Source: Eledone cirrhosa (lineage: Eukaryota). Taken from it: DNA of 64,000 nucleotides. The notes under the pieces were generated by a model. That model was given only the letters and a program-made list of their open reading frames with translations. It made no database searches and was not told where the DNA came from. The stretch is from the NCBI GenBank assembly GCA_964016885.1, contig OZ024743.1:14508001-14572000 (forward strand), given 5' to 3'. Positions 24,729 to 36,500 of the stretch are shown here, in pieces (the first letter of the stretch is position 1; every line of letters starts with the position of its first letter). Made by a program: the position numbers and the translations under genes.

Positions 24729-26825
24729 ATGGCTACCAAAAAGAAATTTCATACGTCACTCCCACTCATTCCGTCTTCTTCTTCCTCAATCATCACTACA
24801 GCAGAGAGAAGATTGTCTCTCTCCCTCCCTTCTTTAAATGTGTCTCTCTCCCTCCCTTCTCTTTCGCAAGTGACGAAAGAAAAGAAAAGTCTCGTGCAAA
24901 GCGTGCAAGGTTTCTCCACGACGACGACGACAGCGACGAAACAGGTGTGCGGGAAATACGAAAACCCAGTTCATTCGTCTGACGTCAGGAATAATAGCAG
25001 TAGCAGCCGTAATAACAACAGCAACAGTGACAATGAAAACAACAGTAGCAGCCGCAACAGCATCACCAGCAGCATAAACAACAACAGCATTAGCAGCAGC
25101 AACACCAACAACAACCACAGCAACAGCGGCGGAGGCAGTAGTCGTAGTACCTGCAGCAACAACAAAAGTACCAGCAGCTCTGACGACAACAACAACAGCA
25201 GAGAAAAACCAATCTCATTTGCAGGTATTGCGAAAAATTTGGAAACAATCCTCATAACAAATGAGGAATTAGAGGAAGCGAAGAAGATGGTGACAAAGAA
25301 CGGACACCGAGCAATCTGCAAGGCAGCGAAAAATTTTTTCGAAACCCAAGAGCACTGTACGGTCACGTACCGTACAGTAAGTACAAAATCCCGTAGGGTG
25401 GAAAGAGCCACAGAGGCCCAAATACAAAAAGCCTTGGGGTCTGTGTGGCAGCGGAAAACGCACATCACCCGAGGCAAAAAATATGCCACCGTAGACGTAC
25501 TTTTTGCCACACCCCAGGAGGCAAAGGCCCAATCAGTAGTGACCCTAAGGAGCGAGGAAATGGTGTTGGTGCCCTCCTACTGTGGGCAAAAAATTGTGAG
25601 GGTCAAACTGACCCACGTCCCCCCCGGAATGACCCCTTCTTGGCTGGCCGCGTCTGTCCTCGTCGGAATCGAGGACAAAACAACTGTACTGCAAGTACAG
25701 AAAAAAGTAAGAGAAGATTGGGTCGGCTCCTCCATTGAGATGCTAATCCAAACCAACCAGGAGTGCATCGAAGCTATCCCGGATGTGATAGACTTCGATA
25801 ACGGCACTCAACTGCCCATAAGTGTTGAGGGCAAACGCCCGAAATGCTTTCGCTGTGGATCGAAGACTCACCTCAGGGCCTTCTGCAACGAGAAGACCCT
25901 GAGAAAGGAGAAAACCCCCCTCCTTCCGAATCCGGCTCCACGGCTACCAGCAACAGGACAAGCGGCAACCAGGAACGATAGGCCCGTGGCACCCATACCC
26001 ACTCCACGGAAATCAAAAACAGCAGCAGCAGTGGAAATACTAACAACAACAACAGCAATACCAAATGCAGCTGCAACAGAGACTCCAGTGCAAACATCAC
26101 CAACAACAACAAGTGAAAGAGTGGAGTTGGTACCCCTCCCCGACCTCACAGAATCAGACATGGAGTGTGAGGTGGGAGAGAGATGGCAAAAGGTCGTAAG
26201 AAGGCACAAACGCAGAAGCAGCGCATCGTCGCCTTTGAAAAGTGAGGAAAGAAATGAGAAAAGGGTAAAGTCTACTGCAAAGAGACCCACAGCAGCAACA
26301 ACACCAACACCATCACCACCCACACTAGCGCCACCATCACCACCGGCGACAACCCCACCGCCAACAACACCTTCAACACCACCACCACAAGCACCAACAT
26401 CGCAAACACAACAACAAAACACACACACCCAGCAACAACGACAAGAAAATAGCAGAACCACACCCCACCCACAGAAAAACAAATGCACGGCAATAAATAC
26501 ACACAACAAGAAACTAATGACTTACATAATTGAACACACAGACATTTCACAACAGGACTACATAATACCAGCACCAATCAAAACGCCAACTAACATAAGA
26601 CTGCTAAAAATAGCACAGAAACAATACACAAATATTAAAACGAAATTCCCCAACGCAGTTGGTGATTTCAGGGACCTAGGAGGAACCATCAATCGAAGAG
26701 TATACTCAGACATTCTCTTAGAAGAGCCGACGACCAGCCGAAGGGACGATTCAACGGTCCCTTCACCAGACGATCAAGTGAAAAGGGATGTAAAAACCAT
26801 CCCTCCTCTACCAAAAGTACGGTAA
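24729..26825 (+). CDS. Tx1 ORF1 (gag-like nucleic-acid-binding protein with a zinc knuckle)
   Basis: ATG at 24729; CCHC knuckle CFRCGSKTHLRAFC; low-complexity S/N and P/T tracts; ends 35 nt before ORF2. Confidence 0.85.
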   Translation: MATKKKFHTSLPLIPSSSSSIITTAERRLSLSLPSLNVSLSLPSLSQVTKEKKSLVQSVQGFSTTTTTATKQVCGKYENPVHSSDVRNNSSSSRNNNSNSDNENNSSSRNSITSSINNNSISSSNTNNNHSNSGGGSSRSTCSNNKSTSSSDDNNNSREKPISFAGIAKNLETILITNEELEEAKKMVTKNGHRAICKAAKNFFETQEHCTVTYRTVSTKSRRVERATEAQIQKALGSVWQRKTHITRGKKYATVDVLFATPQEAKAQSVVTLRSEEMVLVPSYCGQKIVRVKLTHVPPGMTPSWLAASVLVGIEDKTTVLQVQKKVREDWVGSSIEMLIQTNQECIEAIPDVIDFDNGTQLPISVEGKRPKCFRCGSKTHLRAFCNEKTLRKEKTPLLPNPAPRLPATGQAATRNDRPVAPIPTPRKSKTAAAVEILTTTTAIPNAAATETPVQTSPTTTSERVELVPLPDLTESDMECEVGERWQKVVRRHKRRSSASSPLKSEERNEKRVKSTAKRPTAATTPTPSPPTLAPPSPPATTPPPTTPSTPPPQAPTSQTQQQNTHTQQQRQENSRTTPHPQKNKCTAINTHNKKLMTYIIEHTDISQQDYIIPAPIKTPTNIRLLKIAQKQYTNIKTKFPNAVGDFRDLGGTINRRVYSDILLEEPTTSRRDDSTVPSPDDQVKRDVKTIPPLPKVR

Positions 26826-26860
26826 GTGGTCTTTCCCATCTTTTCCACTCTATTTTAAAC

Positions 26861-29800
26861 ATGACCTCACTCAGAATAGGCAGCATAAATGCGCGTGGCT
26901 TGGGGTCGTCATGGAAGCAGGGTCACCTGCTCAACGACCTCAGGTCACTAAACATAGATGTAGTGGCCATCAGCGAGACCAGAATCTCCGAAGCACGGGC
27001 CTTCGCACCGATCTTCGGCGGCTTCGATGTGTACGCATCTCCCAGCCGTCCTGGATCCGGTGGAGGAGTTGCTGTGCTTTTTCGGAGAGGTTTGGATCTC
27101 GCCATACGGGCCATCTTCCTGGACCCAGAGGGTAAGCTGGTGGTGCTGGACGTGACCAGCGGAGACGGGCAAGCTTTCAGGCTAGTGGCCGTCTATGCCC
27201 CGACAGGAGCAGGGCGGCCTGATTTCTTCCGGCGTCTGGAGACCTTTCTTGGAACGTCCCGCTCTTTAGTGTTAGTGGGCGACTGGAACGGGATCTTAGA
27301 TGCACGCTGGGACTGTGTGGGATTAGCGGATAGGGGTGGAGGGTGCAAGAGCCTCACCAACCTGCTCAGGCGTTTTGAACTGTCTGACAGGTACCGATTG
27401 GATTTCCCGAATGTGCCAATGTGGACTTGGACAAACCGCATAGGGTCATCCAGATCATATCTAGATAGAGTATTTTGTAGGGAAATAGATAGGTCTAGCA
27501 TAGGCTGTCCACAATTCAAGATAGTCAGCTACACGGACCACAAATTCGTGATCTGTGTGCTTGACTTAGATAGGCTTCATAGACGAGGACCCGGCTACTG
27601 GAAGCTAAACGCGTCCTTACCAGCGCGCAAGGCCTACAGAGACCGGATTAGCGAACTAGTTAAGCGGGCGTTGACGGGGGCCATCGTCAACAACAAGTGG
27701 TGGTTTGCTCTGAAAAGAGCGATTAGAATAGAATCGATTAGGTTTAGTAAGGCTTTAGCAATAGAGAAAAATAGAGCAGAGGGAGAACTAGTTAGAAAAT
27801 TAGACGAGGCGCTTAGCAAAGGCATTGCGACCGACGTGCTTGCGGCGAAATTGGCCCTTGACCAATTCTTCAATGCAAAGCACGAAGGCTGCGTTGTCAG
27901 AGCTAGGGTGCGTGCTCTCAGACACGAGGGGACGAAAGCCGTTCAATGGGCCCGAGTGGCGGAGGCGCGTCGTGGCAACAAAGCCACGATCCGGTCTTTG
28001 GTGGACCACGACGGGCGCATGCTACTCGATCCCGGGCAAATGTGTGAAGCTTTTCAGCGACACTTCGCTCAGCTGTTCGGGGGCAGCGGGGGGCCGGGTA
28101 GAGGGATGGACTTTAGTGTCTACCTCGACGGACTGCCGCGGCTCTCGGCCACTGAGGCGAAGTGTTGCGAAAAGCCGATAACAGCCGCTGAAGTACGGGA
28201 GGCAATGACTGGCTGCACAAGGGGTAAATCGCCTGGTTTGGATGGTCTGCCCTATGAACTTTACGTACAGATGCCAGACTTGTTCGGAGGCCTCTTGGCG
28301 GACGTCTACTGCAACTGGCAACAGAACGGGAGAATTCCCAGTTCTGTGAGCCGAGGAGCGGTGGCACTGCTGAGAAAGGATCGGAACAAGGGGGATAACA
28401 TAGATAATTTCCGGCCCATAACTCTGCTAAACACAGAGTTTAAGATTTTGGCCAAGGTGCTAGCAAAGAGGTTGGCGCTTGTCGTTGGTGGTCTGGTGGG
28501 AGAGGCGCAGACATGCGCCATTCCCGACAGATCCATCCACGACAACCTCCACCTCATGCGATACATCGTAGAGAGGGTAGCTAGGGAACCTGGCACGGGT
28601 GGGTCCTTGATCAATTTAGATCAGTCGAAAGCTTTCGATAGGGTCGACCATCGTTACCTAGCGGCAGTCCTGAGGGCGGCTGGCTTTGGGCCCGTCTTCA
28701 GAGGCTGGATCGCTGCCATGCACAGCGACATCTGCTCTGTGGTGAGAGTGAACGGTCACCTGTCGGAACCGTTCAACATCATGCGCTCGGTCCGCCAAGG
28801 ATGTCCCCTCTCGTCCCTCTTGTACGTATTGACTCTCGAGCCATTACTGCACAAACTGGAGACGTTGAGGGGAGTCCCGCGCGAACTAGGATGCGGAAGA
28901 TCCGTGTCAGCATATGCGGACGATGTCACCGTAGTGGTGTCGAACGCCAAACACATCGAGGCGATCGGCACTACACTAAGAGAATACGAAGCGGTGACAG
29001 GAGCAATGATCAACCAGGAAAAGTCAGTGGGCCTGCAGCTCGGCACCTGGAGAGGCAGGTCCATGCCGTCCAACAGCGTCGTCGGGCGCTGGACGGACGG
29101 ACCGGTTAAATTGCTAGGGGTCTGGTTCGGTCCGGACCTCCAGACGGACAAAAACTGGGACGAGGTGACGAGCAGGGTGGCTTCTCTCACCCAGAAATGG
29201 GCGGAGAGGAAGCTATCCCTGAAAGGCCGAGCGGAGGTGGCTAACGCGTACATCGCGTCTGTCATCTGCTACCGCCTAACCGTCGTACCTTGTCCTAAGC
29301 CTCGCCTGACTGCGCTGGAGCGTTTGCTCTTTCGCTTTTTGTGGAAGGGACGTGCTCCGATGGTCAGGCGGTCCATCTGTTGTCAACACCCGCTACGTGG
29401 AGGGCTGGGCATGCCGTGGCTGATGATGCGCAGGCACGCGCTCAGGCTACGACATCTCCACCTCTTCCTCGACGGTGATCAGGTGTGGTCGCCGTTTGCT
29501 AGACGCGTTTTTCCCCAGCTCGTTTCCTTGACGGAGCTGCAGTCCTGGGTCAAGCGAAGACCGAGAGGGAGCGCCTGGAGACTGGAATGTCTTCAGGCGC
29601 TCACAGCCCTCGACCAATCGGGCAATGTGATCGGTGGAAACTCCACCTCGGCGTTCTATAGAGGATTAGTGGAGGGGAAGAGCGACGACGTACTTGGGGA
29701 AACTCTAGGCGTCGACGAAAATCAACTAGCCAATCTCTTCGGAAGAACTTTCGGGCCGGGGCCTATGGACAACTTCCAGAAATCTCTGGCCTGGCAGTGC

Positions 29801-30280
29801 TACCGAGGAGCCTTGCCAGTTCGGGATAAACTCTACAGGCATGGAGGTGCCGTCAGCCGGGCATGTCCGAGATGCGCGCAGGGCGACGAAACCGTCCTGC
29901 ACGCACTCGTCCAGTGTCCGAAAATTGCTGACTTGTGGGTTTATGTCGAACACCTGCTGTCGCGTTTAGGACGGATCCAGCTATCATCTGAGTCTATCGT
30001 GAGGATTGCCCCGCCCTCCTCCTTTAGCCGGGAAGGGCAGGCAGTTTTTATCTGTCTGGTGGCCATGGCGAAAGAGATAGTATGGTGGACACGTTTGAAA
30101 GGGCTGAAGACGAGCACTTACCTCTTCGGTGATGCTCTGATTGACTTTTTCAAATTTCATTTGAAAAGGAAAATCAGAGTAGAGAAGGAAGTGCTCTCTT
30201 CCCAGCATTTTGTTGAAAGATGGGTGAGAGAAGCAAGAATGGCCCGAGTGAATGGGCCGACTCTGAGTATATATCTGTAA
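26861..30280 (+). CDS. Tx1 ORF2, 1139 aa: APE endonuclease + reverse transcriptase + C-terminal CCHC
   Basis: APE motifs SINARGL, ISET, VYAP, GDWN, LDRVF, TDHK; RT motifs NFRPITLLN, DQSKAFDRVDH, RQGCPLS, YADD; CPRC..ETVLHALVQC. Confidence 0.95.
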   Translation: MTSLRIGSINARGLGSSWKQGHLLNDLRSLNIDVVAISETRISEARAFAPIFGGFDVYASPSRPGSGGGVAVLFRRGLDLAIRAIFLDPEGKLVVLDVTSGDGQAFRLVAVYAPTGAGRPDFFRRLETFLGTSRSLVLVGDWNGILDARWDCVGLADRGGGCKSLTNLLRRFELSDRYRLDFPNVPMWTWTNRIGSSRSYLDRVFCREIDRSSIGCPQFKIVSYTDHKFVICVLDLDRLHRRGPGYWKLNASLPARKAYRDRISELVKRALTGAIVNNKWWFALKRAIRIESIRFSKALAIEKNRAEGELVRKLDEALSKGIATDVLAAKLALDQFFNAKHEGCVVRARVRALRHEGTKAVQWARVAEARRGNKATIRSLVDHDGRMLLDPGQMCEAFQRHFAQLFGGSGGPGRGMDFSVYLDGLPRLSATEAKCCEKPITAAEVREAMTGCTRGKSPGLDGLPYELYVQMPDLFGGLLADVYCNWQQNGRIPSSVSRGAVALLRKDRNKGDNIDNFRPITLLNTEFKILAKVLAKRLALVVGGLVGEAQTCAIPDRSIHDNLHLMRYIVERVAREPGTGGSLINLDQSKAFDRVDHRYLAAVLRAAGFGPVFRGWIAAMHSDICSVVRVNGHLSEPFNIMRSVRQGCPLSSLLYVLTLEPLLHKLETLRGVPRELGCGRSVSAYADDVTVVVSNAKHIEAIGTTLREYEAVTGAMINQEKSVGLQLGTWRGRSMPSNSVVGRWTDGPVKLLGVWFGPDLQTDKNWDEVTSRVASLTQKWAERKLSLKGRAEVANAYIASVICYRLTVVPCPKPRLTALERLLFRFLWKGRAPMVRRSICCQHPLRGGLGMPWLMMRRHALRLRHLHLFLDGDQVWSPFARRVFPQLVSLTELQSWVKRRPRGSAWRLECLQALTALDQSGNVIGGNSTSAFYRGLVEGKSDDVLGETLGVDENQLANLFGRTFGPGPMDNFQKSLAWQCYRGALPVRDKLYRHGGAVSRACPRCAQGDETVLHALVQCPKIADLWVYVEHLLSRLGRIQLSSESIVRIAPPSSFSREGQAVFICLVAMAKEIVWWTRLKGLKTSTYLFGDALIDFFKFHLKRKIRVEKEVLSSQHFVERWVREARMARVNGPTLSIYL

Positions 30281-30541
30281 ACTAAAGGTGGAAAACTGGG
30301 AGAGGGCACTTGCCTTGGTGGTCAGGGTCATTGTGGCTTTTTACTGGGCTTTCTCCACAAATGTCCCTCCGAAGTCTCCCCCCTATTGGGGAATTTTTCA
30401 TTGTTATTTTCATTGTTATTTTTGTTACATCCTCTGTTTTTGTTTTTTTTACACGCAGAAATGCCCATTTGTACCGTCCTGCATTGTCCTGCACTGTCCT
30501 TAATGTCTACTTTATGTAAACCCTTGTGGTTAATAAAGAAA

Positions 30542-30543
<2 letters not shown>

Positions 30544-30597
<54 letters not shown>

Positions 30598-30604
30598 GTT
30601 ATTA
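30544..30604. repeat. (ATT)n tract shared by the Tx1 3' end and the Dong-B 3' end
   Basis: Directly visible. Confidence 0.95.
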
Positions 30605-33580
30605 CTCTTTGAGTCTCAGTTATTGATGTTAGTTAACTGGAAAGTTTGTTGAAATGAATATCAAGCCACTACCTGCAGCCTCAGATATTCAGGACGTATC
30701 GGAGGATTCTTGCTGTTCCCAGCAAGCATGCCTTTCGAAGCGTTTCAAAAAGCGTGAAGGGGCCAATTTTCTTCAACCATCCCTGGAAACGTATTGAGAT
30801 AGTCTCTAGTGCGCCTATGACAATCGGGATCACTTTGACTTCATGGCAGTTCCAAATCCTTTTTACCTCCCACTTTAAGTCCTGGTATCGGTTAATTTTC
30901 TCCCTCTCCTTCACTTGCACTCTCGTGTCGAAGGGCAGGCCACATCCACAATCAGGCACGATCTTTTTTCTTTGTCCACAACCAGCAGGTCAGGTCTATT
31001 GTGTTCCAGTTTCTTGTCCGCTGTATCCTAAAATCCCACAGCACCTTCACCTGATCGTTTTCTATCACCGACTCTGGCTTATGCTCATACCACTTCTCAG
31101 AATGTGGTAAATTGTTCACTTTGCATAGGTGCCAGTGGATCACCCTGCCCATCACATCATGTCTCCAGCCCTTATAGTGAGTCTGGGCTAGGTGTTTACA
31201 CTCGGATACAATGTGAGCCACAGTCTCTTCTCTCTCTCCACAGATCCTGCACAGTGGGCTAGCCTCCTCCTTGTAAATATGGTGTTTCAACCACTTCGTT
31301 TTGAGGGCCTGCTCCTGCGCAGCCATTAACATTCCTTCTGTAGCCTTTTTAAGGTCTCCTCTTTTCAACCAGTTCCATGTCTGTGGATCTCTAAATTCAG
31401 CTTTCTCAAAGAAGGTACTATGAAGGGATATTTCCTGAAGGCTGCTCTTTCTCCTTGATGTTATTTCCTCCTTGGACATCCCCTGGCCTATTGTCCCCTC
31501 CTTCAGTACAGTTCTGAGCATTGGCTCCTTACTATCAGTCACGTATTTGTGTAGGTTGTTTTTCTCCATTTGAACACAGTCCTCTATGCTGATAAGACCT
31601 CTTACAACTTCACATCTCCTTAAGTAGAGTCTATCGACATCACTCCTCTTGTGGTACATGTTGTATATAGTCAATAGCTTCCTAGTCTTCCTATCCATTT
31701 CTTTTTGTTCAGCAACATTCTATCTCAGAATTCCCGCACTGTAGCTAATAATAGACACAGTTCGGGAATTTACTGCACTTATAGCATTCCTACTGTTCAG
31801 ATGTGACTTCAATACGCTCCTTACTCTCCGAATGTATTCAGTTCTTATCAATTCCTTCATTTTTTTGTTCTTTATGCCATCAGCCTCCAGAACGCCCAAA
31901 TACTTGTATCCTTCTTCAGAGTCAATTTCCTTTATCATCTCACCTGTTGGTACCTGGATTCTGTTACTTCTGCTCAACTTACCCATTTCATCACAATGAC
32001 TCTACACTTACTAATACCAAATTGCATACATATATCATTGCTGAAAATACGGACAGTGTCAACAAGCACATCCAACTCCTTCTCACTCTTCCCGAAGAGC
32101 TTAAGATCGTCCATGAAGAGGAGGTAATTGATGGTAAGCCCTCCATTTCCCAACCTGTATCCTGCTCTCACTTTTTGCAGTTCACTGGTCATGGGCATCA
32201 GGGCAAGGACAAACAACAGAGGGGACAGACTATCTCCCTGGAAGATACCTCTCTTGATCTTCACGCTTTCCAAGGATTCTCCAGTTGATGTTAACTCTGT
32301 TTCCCAGGAATTCATACTTTTGCCCAACAACAGTCTGATGTTATCTGCCACCTTGAAGATCTCCAGGCTTTTGGTGATCCAAGAATGAGGCACCATGTCA
32401 AATGCCTTTTTGTAGTCTATCCATCCCATGGCAATACCAGTGTGTCTCCTCTTTCAATTCCTCATTACCATCTTATCAATAAGTAACTGGTCCTTTGTAC
32501 CACGTGACTTCTTTCGGCATCCTTTCTGTTCCGTCCGGTAACAAGTTGTTTGTGTGGAGGTGATGGTAGATTTCCTCAGACATAATGCTTGTCAACAGTT
32601 TCCACATTACGGACAGACATGTGATAGGTCTATAGTTGGTAACATCATTACCCTTGATTCGTCTTTCATTATCAGAACTGTGGTACCCTTTGTCAAACAC
32701 TCTGGTACCACTGCCTGGTCATTATGTTTAACATCCCGCTCCCATATTCCTCTCCAGAATGTTCTAGATTGTTCCGCCTCAGGGATCAAGTCGTTGCCTC
32801 TTTCTTTCCCTTCAAGCTGTCCAAACAGCATCTTCTGGTTGTTGTCGAACATGCGGTTCTGTCTATACTGACTGACTCGGTTCTCGCATCGCCTGATTTT
32901 TACACTCTTTGCTACAATGCGTTGCTTCAGTTCCTCTATGATAATATTTAGCTTTTTCCTCCTAGTTTTGTACTATATTTCCAGTCTATTTTTAATGTCT
33001 ATGTTTTTTAGTGTCCCATTCAGTAGGGACTCAAGCTTTCCAATGTAATTTCTCATTTCCCTGATTTGACCACTCAGTCGTTTCTTCCACCAAGGCTCTG
33101 CTCTTTCTTGTCTATTGTTTCCTCTCGCTTTTATACCAAGTAGTTTCCTAACCGTATTTGCTGTTGCTTTGAGGATATTGTTACACTGGTGAAGGCTCCT
33201 CGCCTCAAGGTATGGGATGACTTTGTTTACCTTAGCTGTTGTTTCTTTTAACTTTTTCCTGTCTACAAATCTTAGGTTCATGGGTCTCCCACTATCATTG
33301 TTCAATTCATCTACCACTAAGTTTAGGATATCAACCAAATCTTGTCCTAGCCCGTCAGCATTCATCTCCTCAGTGGCCGTATCTCTGTTCCAGGTATTAT
33401 TTATTTCAGCATTCAGATCATTGTCTGCTTCGGGTGGTTCCTCCGTTCTCAGGACCTCCTCACCTTCATTTCCCACTGGCTCGTTTGCCTGGCATACTCC
33501 ACTCTCCATCTCCAAGCTAATCTCTCTGCTCAGTTCCTCCAGTTCCAGCTCGCTTATCAACCCATTAGTTCTTATTACCC
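30605..33580 (-). pseudogene. R4/Dong-type family B, downstream copy (5'-truncated; stops, frameshifts and a ~290-bp deletion near 32708)
   Basis: ORF fragments carry [41 protein letters not shown] and RHD; retains the C-terminus and a short 3' UTR. Confidence 0.88.
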
Positions 33581-36500
33581 TTTAGGTCCTGGTATCGGTT
33601 AATTTTCTCCCTCTCCTTCTCTTGCACTCTCGTGTCGAACGGGCAGGCCACATCCACAATCAGGCACGATCTTTTTACTTTGTCCACAACCACCAGGTCA
33701 GGTCTATTGTGTTCCAGTTTTTTGTCCGTCTGTATCCTAAAATCCCACAGCACCTTCACCTGACTGTTCTCCATCACCGCCTCTGGCCTATGCTCATACC
33801 ATTTCTCAGAATGTGGTAGATTGTTTACTTTGCACAGGTGCCAGTGGATCACCCTGCCCATCACATCGTGTCTCCAGCCCTTATAGTGGGTCTGGGCTAG
33901 GTGTTTACACTCGGACACAATGTGAGCCACAGTCTCCTCTCTCTCTCCACAGATCCTGCACAGTGGGCTAGCCTCCTCCTTGTAGATATGGTGCTTCAAC
34001 CACTTCGTTTTGAGGGCCTGCTCCTGCGCAGCCATTAGCATTCCTTCTGTAGCCTTTTTGAGGTCTCCTCTTCTCAACCAGTTCCATGTCTGTGGATCTC
34101 TAAATTCAGTTTTCTCAAAGAAGGTACTATGAAGGGATTTTCCCTTAAGGCTGCTCTTCCTCCTTGATGTTATTTCCTCCTTGGACATCCCCTGGCCTAC
34201 TGTCCCCTCCTTCAGTACAGTTCTGAGCATTGGCTCCTTATTATAGGTCACGTATTTGTATAGGTTGTTTTTCTCCATCTGAACACAGTCTTCTATGCTG
34301 ATAAGACCTCTTCCACCCTCAGATCTCCTTAGGTAGAGTCTATCGACATCACTCCTCTTGTGGAACATGTTGTAGATAGTCAATAGCTTCCTAGTCTTCC
34401 TATCCATTTCTTTTTGTTCACCAACATTCCATCTCAGAATTCCCGCACTGTACCTAATAATAGACACAGCTCGGGAATTTACTGCGCTTATGGCATTTCT
34501 GCTGTTCAGATGTGACTTCAATACGCTCCTTACTCTCCGAATGTATTCAGTTCTTAACAATTCCTTCATTTTTTTGTTCTTTATGCCATCAGCCTCCAGA
34601 ACGCCCAAATACTTGTATCCTTCCTCAGAGTCAATTTCCTTTATCATCTCACCTGTTGGTATCTGGATCCCGTTACTTCTGCTCAACCTACGCCTCTTCA
34701 TCACAATGACTCCACATTTACCAATACCAAACTGCATACATATATCACTGCTGAAAATACGGACAGTGTCAACAAGCACATCCAACTCCTTCTCACTTTT
34801 CCCGAAGAGCTTAAGATCGTCCATGAAGAGGAGGTGATTGATGGTAAGCTCTCCCCTTCCCAACTTGTATCCTGCTCTCACTTTTCGCAGCATAATGGTC
34901 AAGGGCATCAGGGCAAGGACAAACAACAGAGGGGACAGGCTATCTCCCTGGAAGATACCTCTCTTGATCTTCACGCTTCCCAAGGATACTCCAGTTGATG
35001 TCAAGTCTGTCTCCCAGGACCCCATACTCCTGCCCAGCAACTGTCTGATGTTATCTGCCACCCTGAAGATCTCCAGGCTTTTGATGATCCAGGAATGAGG
35101 CACCATGTCAAATGCCTTTCTGTAGTCTATCCATCCCATGGCAAGATCAGTGTGTCTCCTCCTGCAATTCCCCATTACCATCTTATCAATAAGCAACTGG
35201 TCCTTTGTACCACGTGACTTCTTTCGGCATCCTTTCTGTTCGTCCGGTAACAAGTTGTTTGTGTGGAGGTGATGGTAGATTTCCTCAGACACAATGCTCG
35301 TCAACAGTTTCCACATTACGGGCAGACATGTGATAGGTCTATAGTTGGTAACATCATTACCCTTGATTCGGTCTTTCATTATCAGAACTGTGGTACCTTT
35401 TGTCAACCACTCTGGCACCTCACCCGACACCAAGCAGTCATTGAACATGGCCGTCAGCTTCGGGTGGAGGGATGTTAAATGTTTAATCCAATACCCCTGC
35501 ACACCATCTGGGCCTGGTGATTTCCAGTTGGTTAGTTTTTTGGCTTGCCCCTTAAGAGTTTCAACTGTGATACTCAAATCAGTCTGTTGTTGTGCCTGCT
35601 CACCTATCTCCCTCTGTACTGTCTCAATCCACCCTGCCTGGGCATTGTGTCTAACATCCTGCTCTCATATTCCTCTCCAGAATGTTTTAGCTTGTTCCGC
35701 CCCAGGGATCAAGTCGTTGCCTCTTTCTTTCCCCTCAAGCTGTCCAAACAGCATCTTCTGGTTGTTGTCGAACATGCGGTTCTGTTTATACTGACTGACT
35801 CTGTTCTCGTATCGCCTGATTTTGGCACTCTTTGCTACAATGCGTTGCTTCAATTCCTCTATGATAATATTTAGCTTTTTACTCCTAGTTTTGTATTTTA
35901 TTCCCAGTCTATTTTTAGTGCCTATGTTTTTTAGTGTCCCATTCAGTAGTGACTCAAGCTTTCCTATGTCATTTCTCATTTCCCCGATTTGCCCACTCAG
36001 TCGCTTCTTCCACCACGGCTCTGCTCTTTCTTGTCTGTTGTTTCCTCTCGCTTTTATAACAAGTAGTTTCCTCACCATATTTGCTGTTGCTTTGAGGATA
36101 TTGTTGCACTGGTGAAGGCTCCTCGCCTCAAGGTATGGGATGACTTTGTTTACCTTAGCTGTTGTTTCTTTTAACTTTTTCCTGTCTACAAATCTTAGGT
36201 TCATAGGTCTCCCACTATCATTGTTCAATTCATCTACCACTAAATTTAGGATGTCAACCGAAGCTTGTCCTAGCCCGTCAGCATTCATCTCCTCAGTGGC
36301 CGTATCTCTGTTCCAGGTATTATTTATCTCAGTATTCAGATCATTGTCTGCTTCGGGTGGTTCCTCCGTTCTCAGGACCTCCTCACCTTCATTTCCCACC
36401 GGCTCGCTTGTCTGGCATACTACACCCGCCATCTCCAAGCCATTCTCTCTGCTCAGTTCCTCCAGTTCCAGCTCGCTTATCCACCCATTAGTTCTTATTA

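Larger units (their letters stand above)
24516..30543 (+). mobile_element. Tx1-clade (L1 group) non-LTR retrotransposon, apparently intact, inserted in (ATT)n
   Basis: Two ORFs; AATAAA at 30532-30537; (ATT)n at 24495-24515 and 30544-30604; no poly(A). Confidence 0.88.

Noticed and set aside
24834-30331. Antisense and alternate-frame ORFs over the Tx1 element
   Set aside because: Shadow ORFs expected in GC-rich coding DNA; no recognisable motifs.
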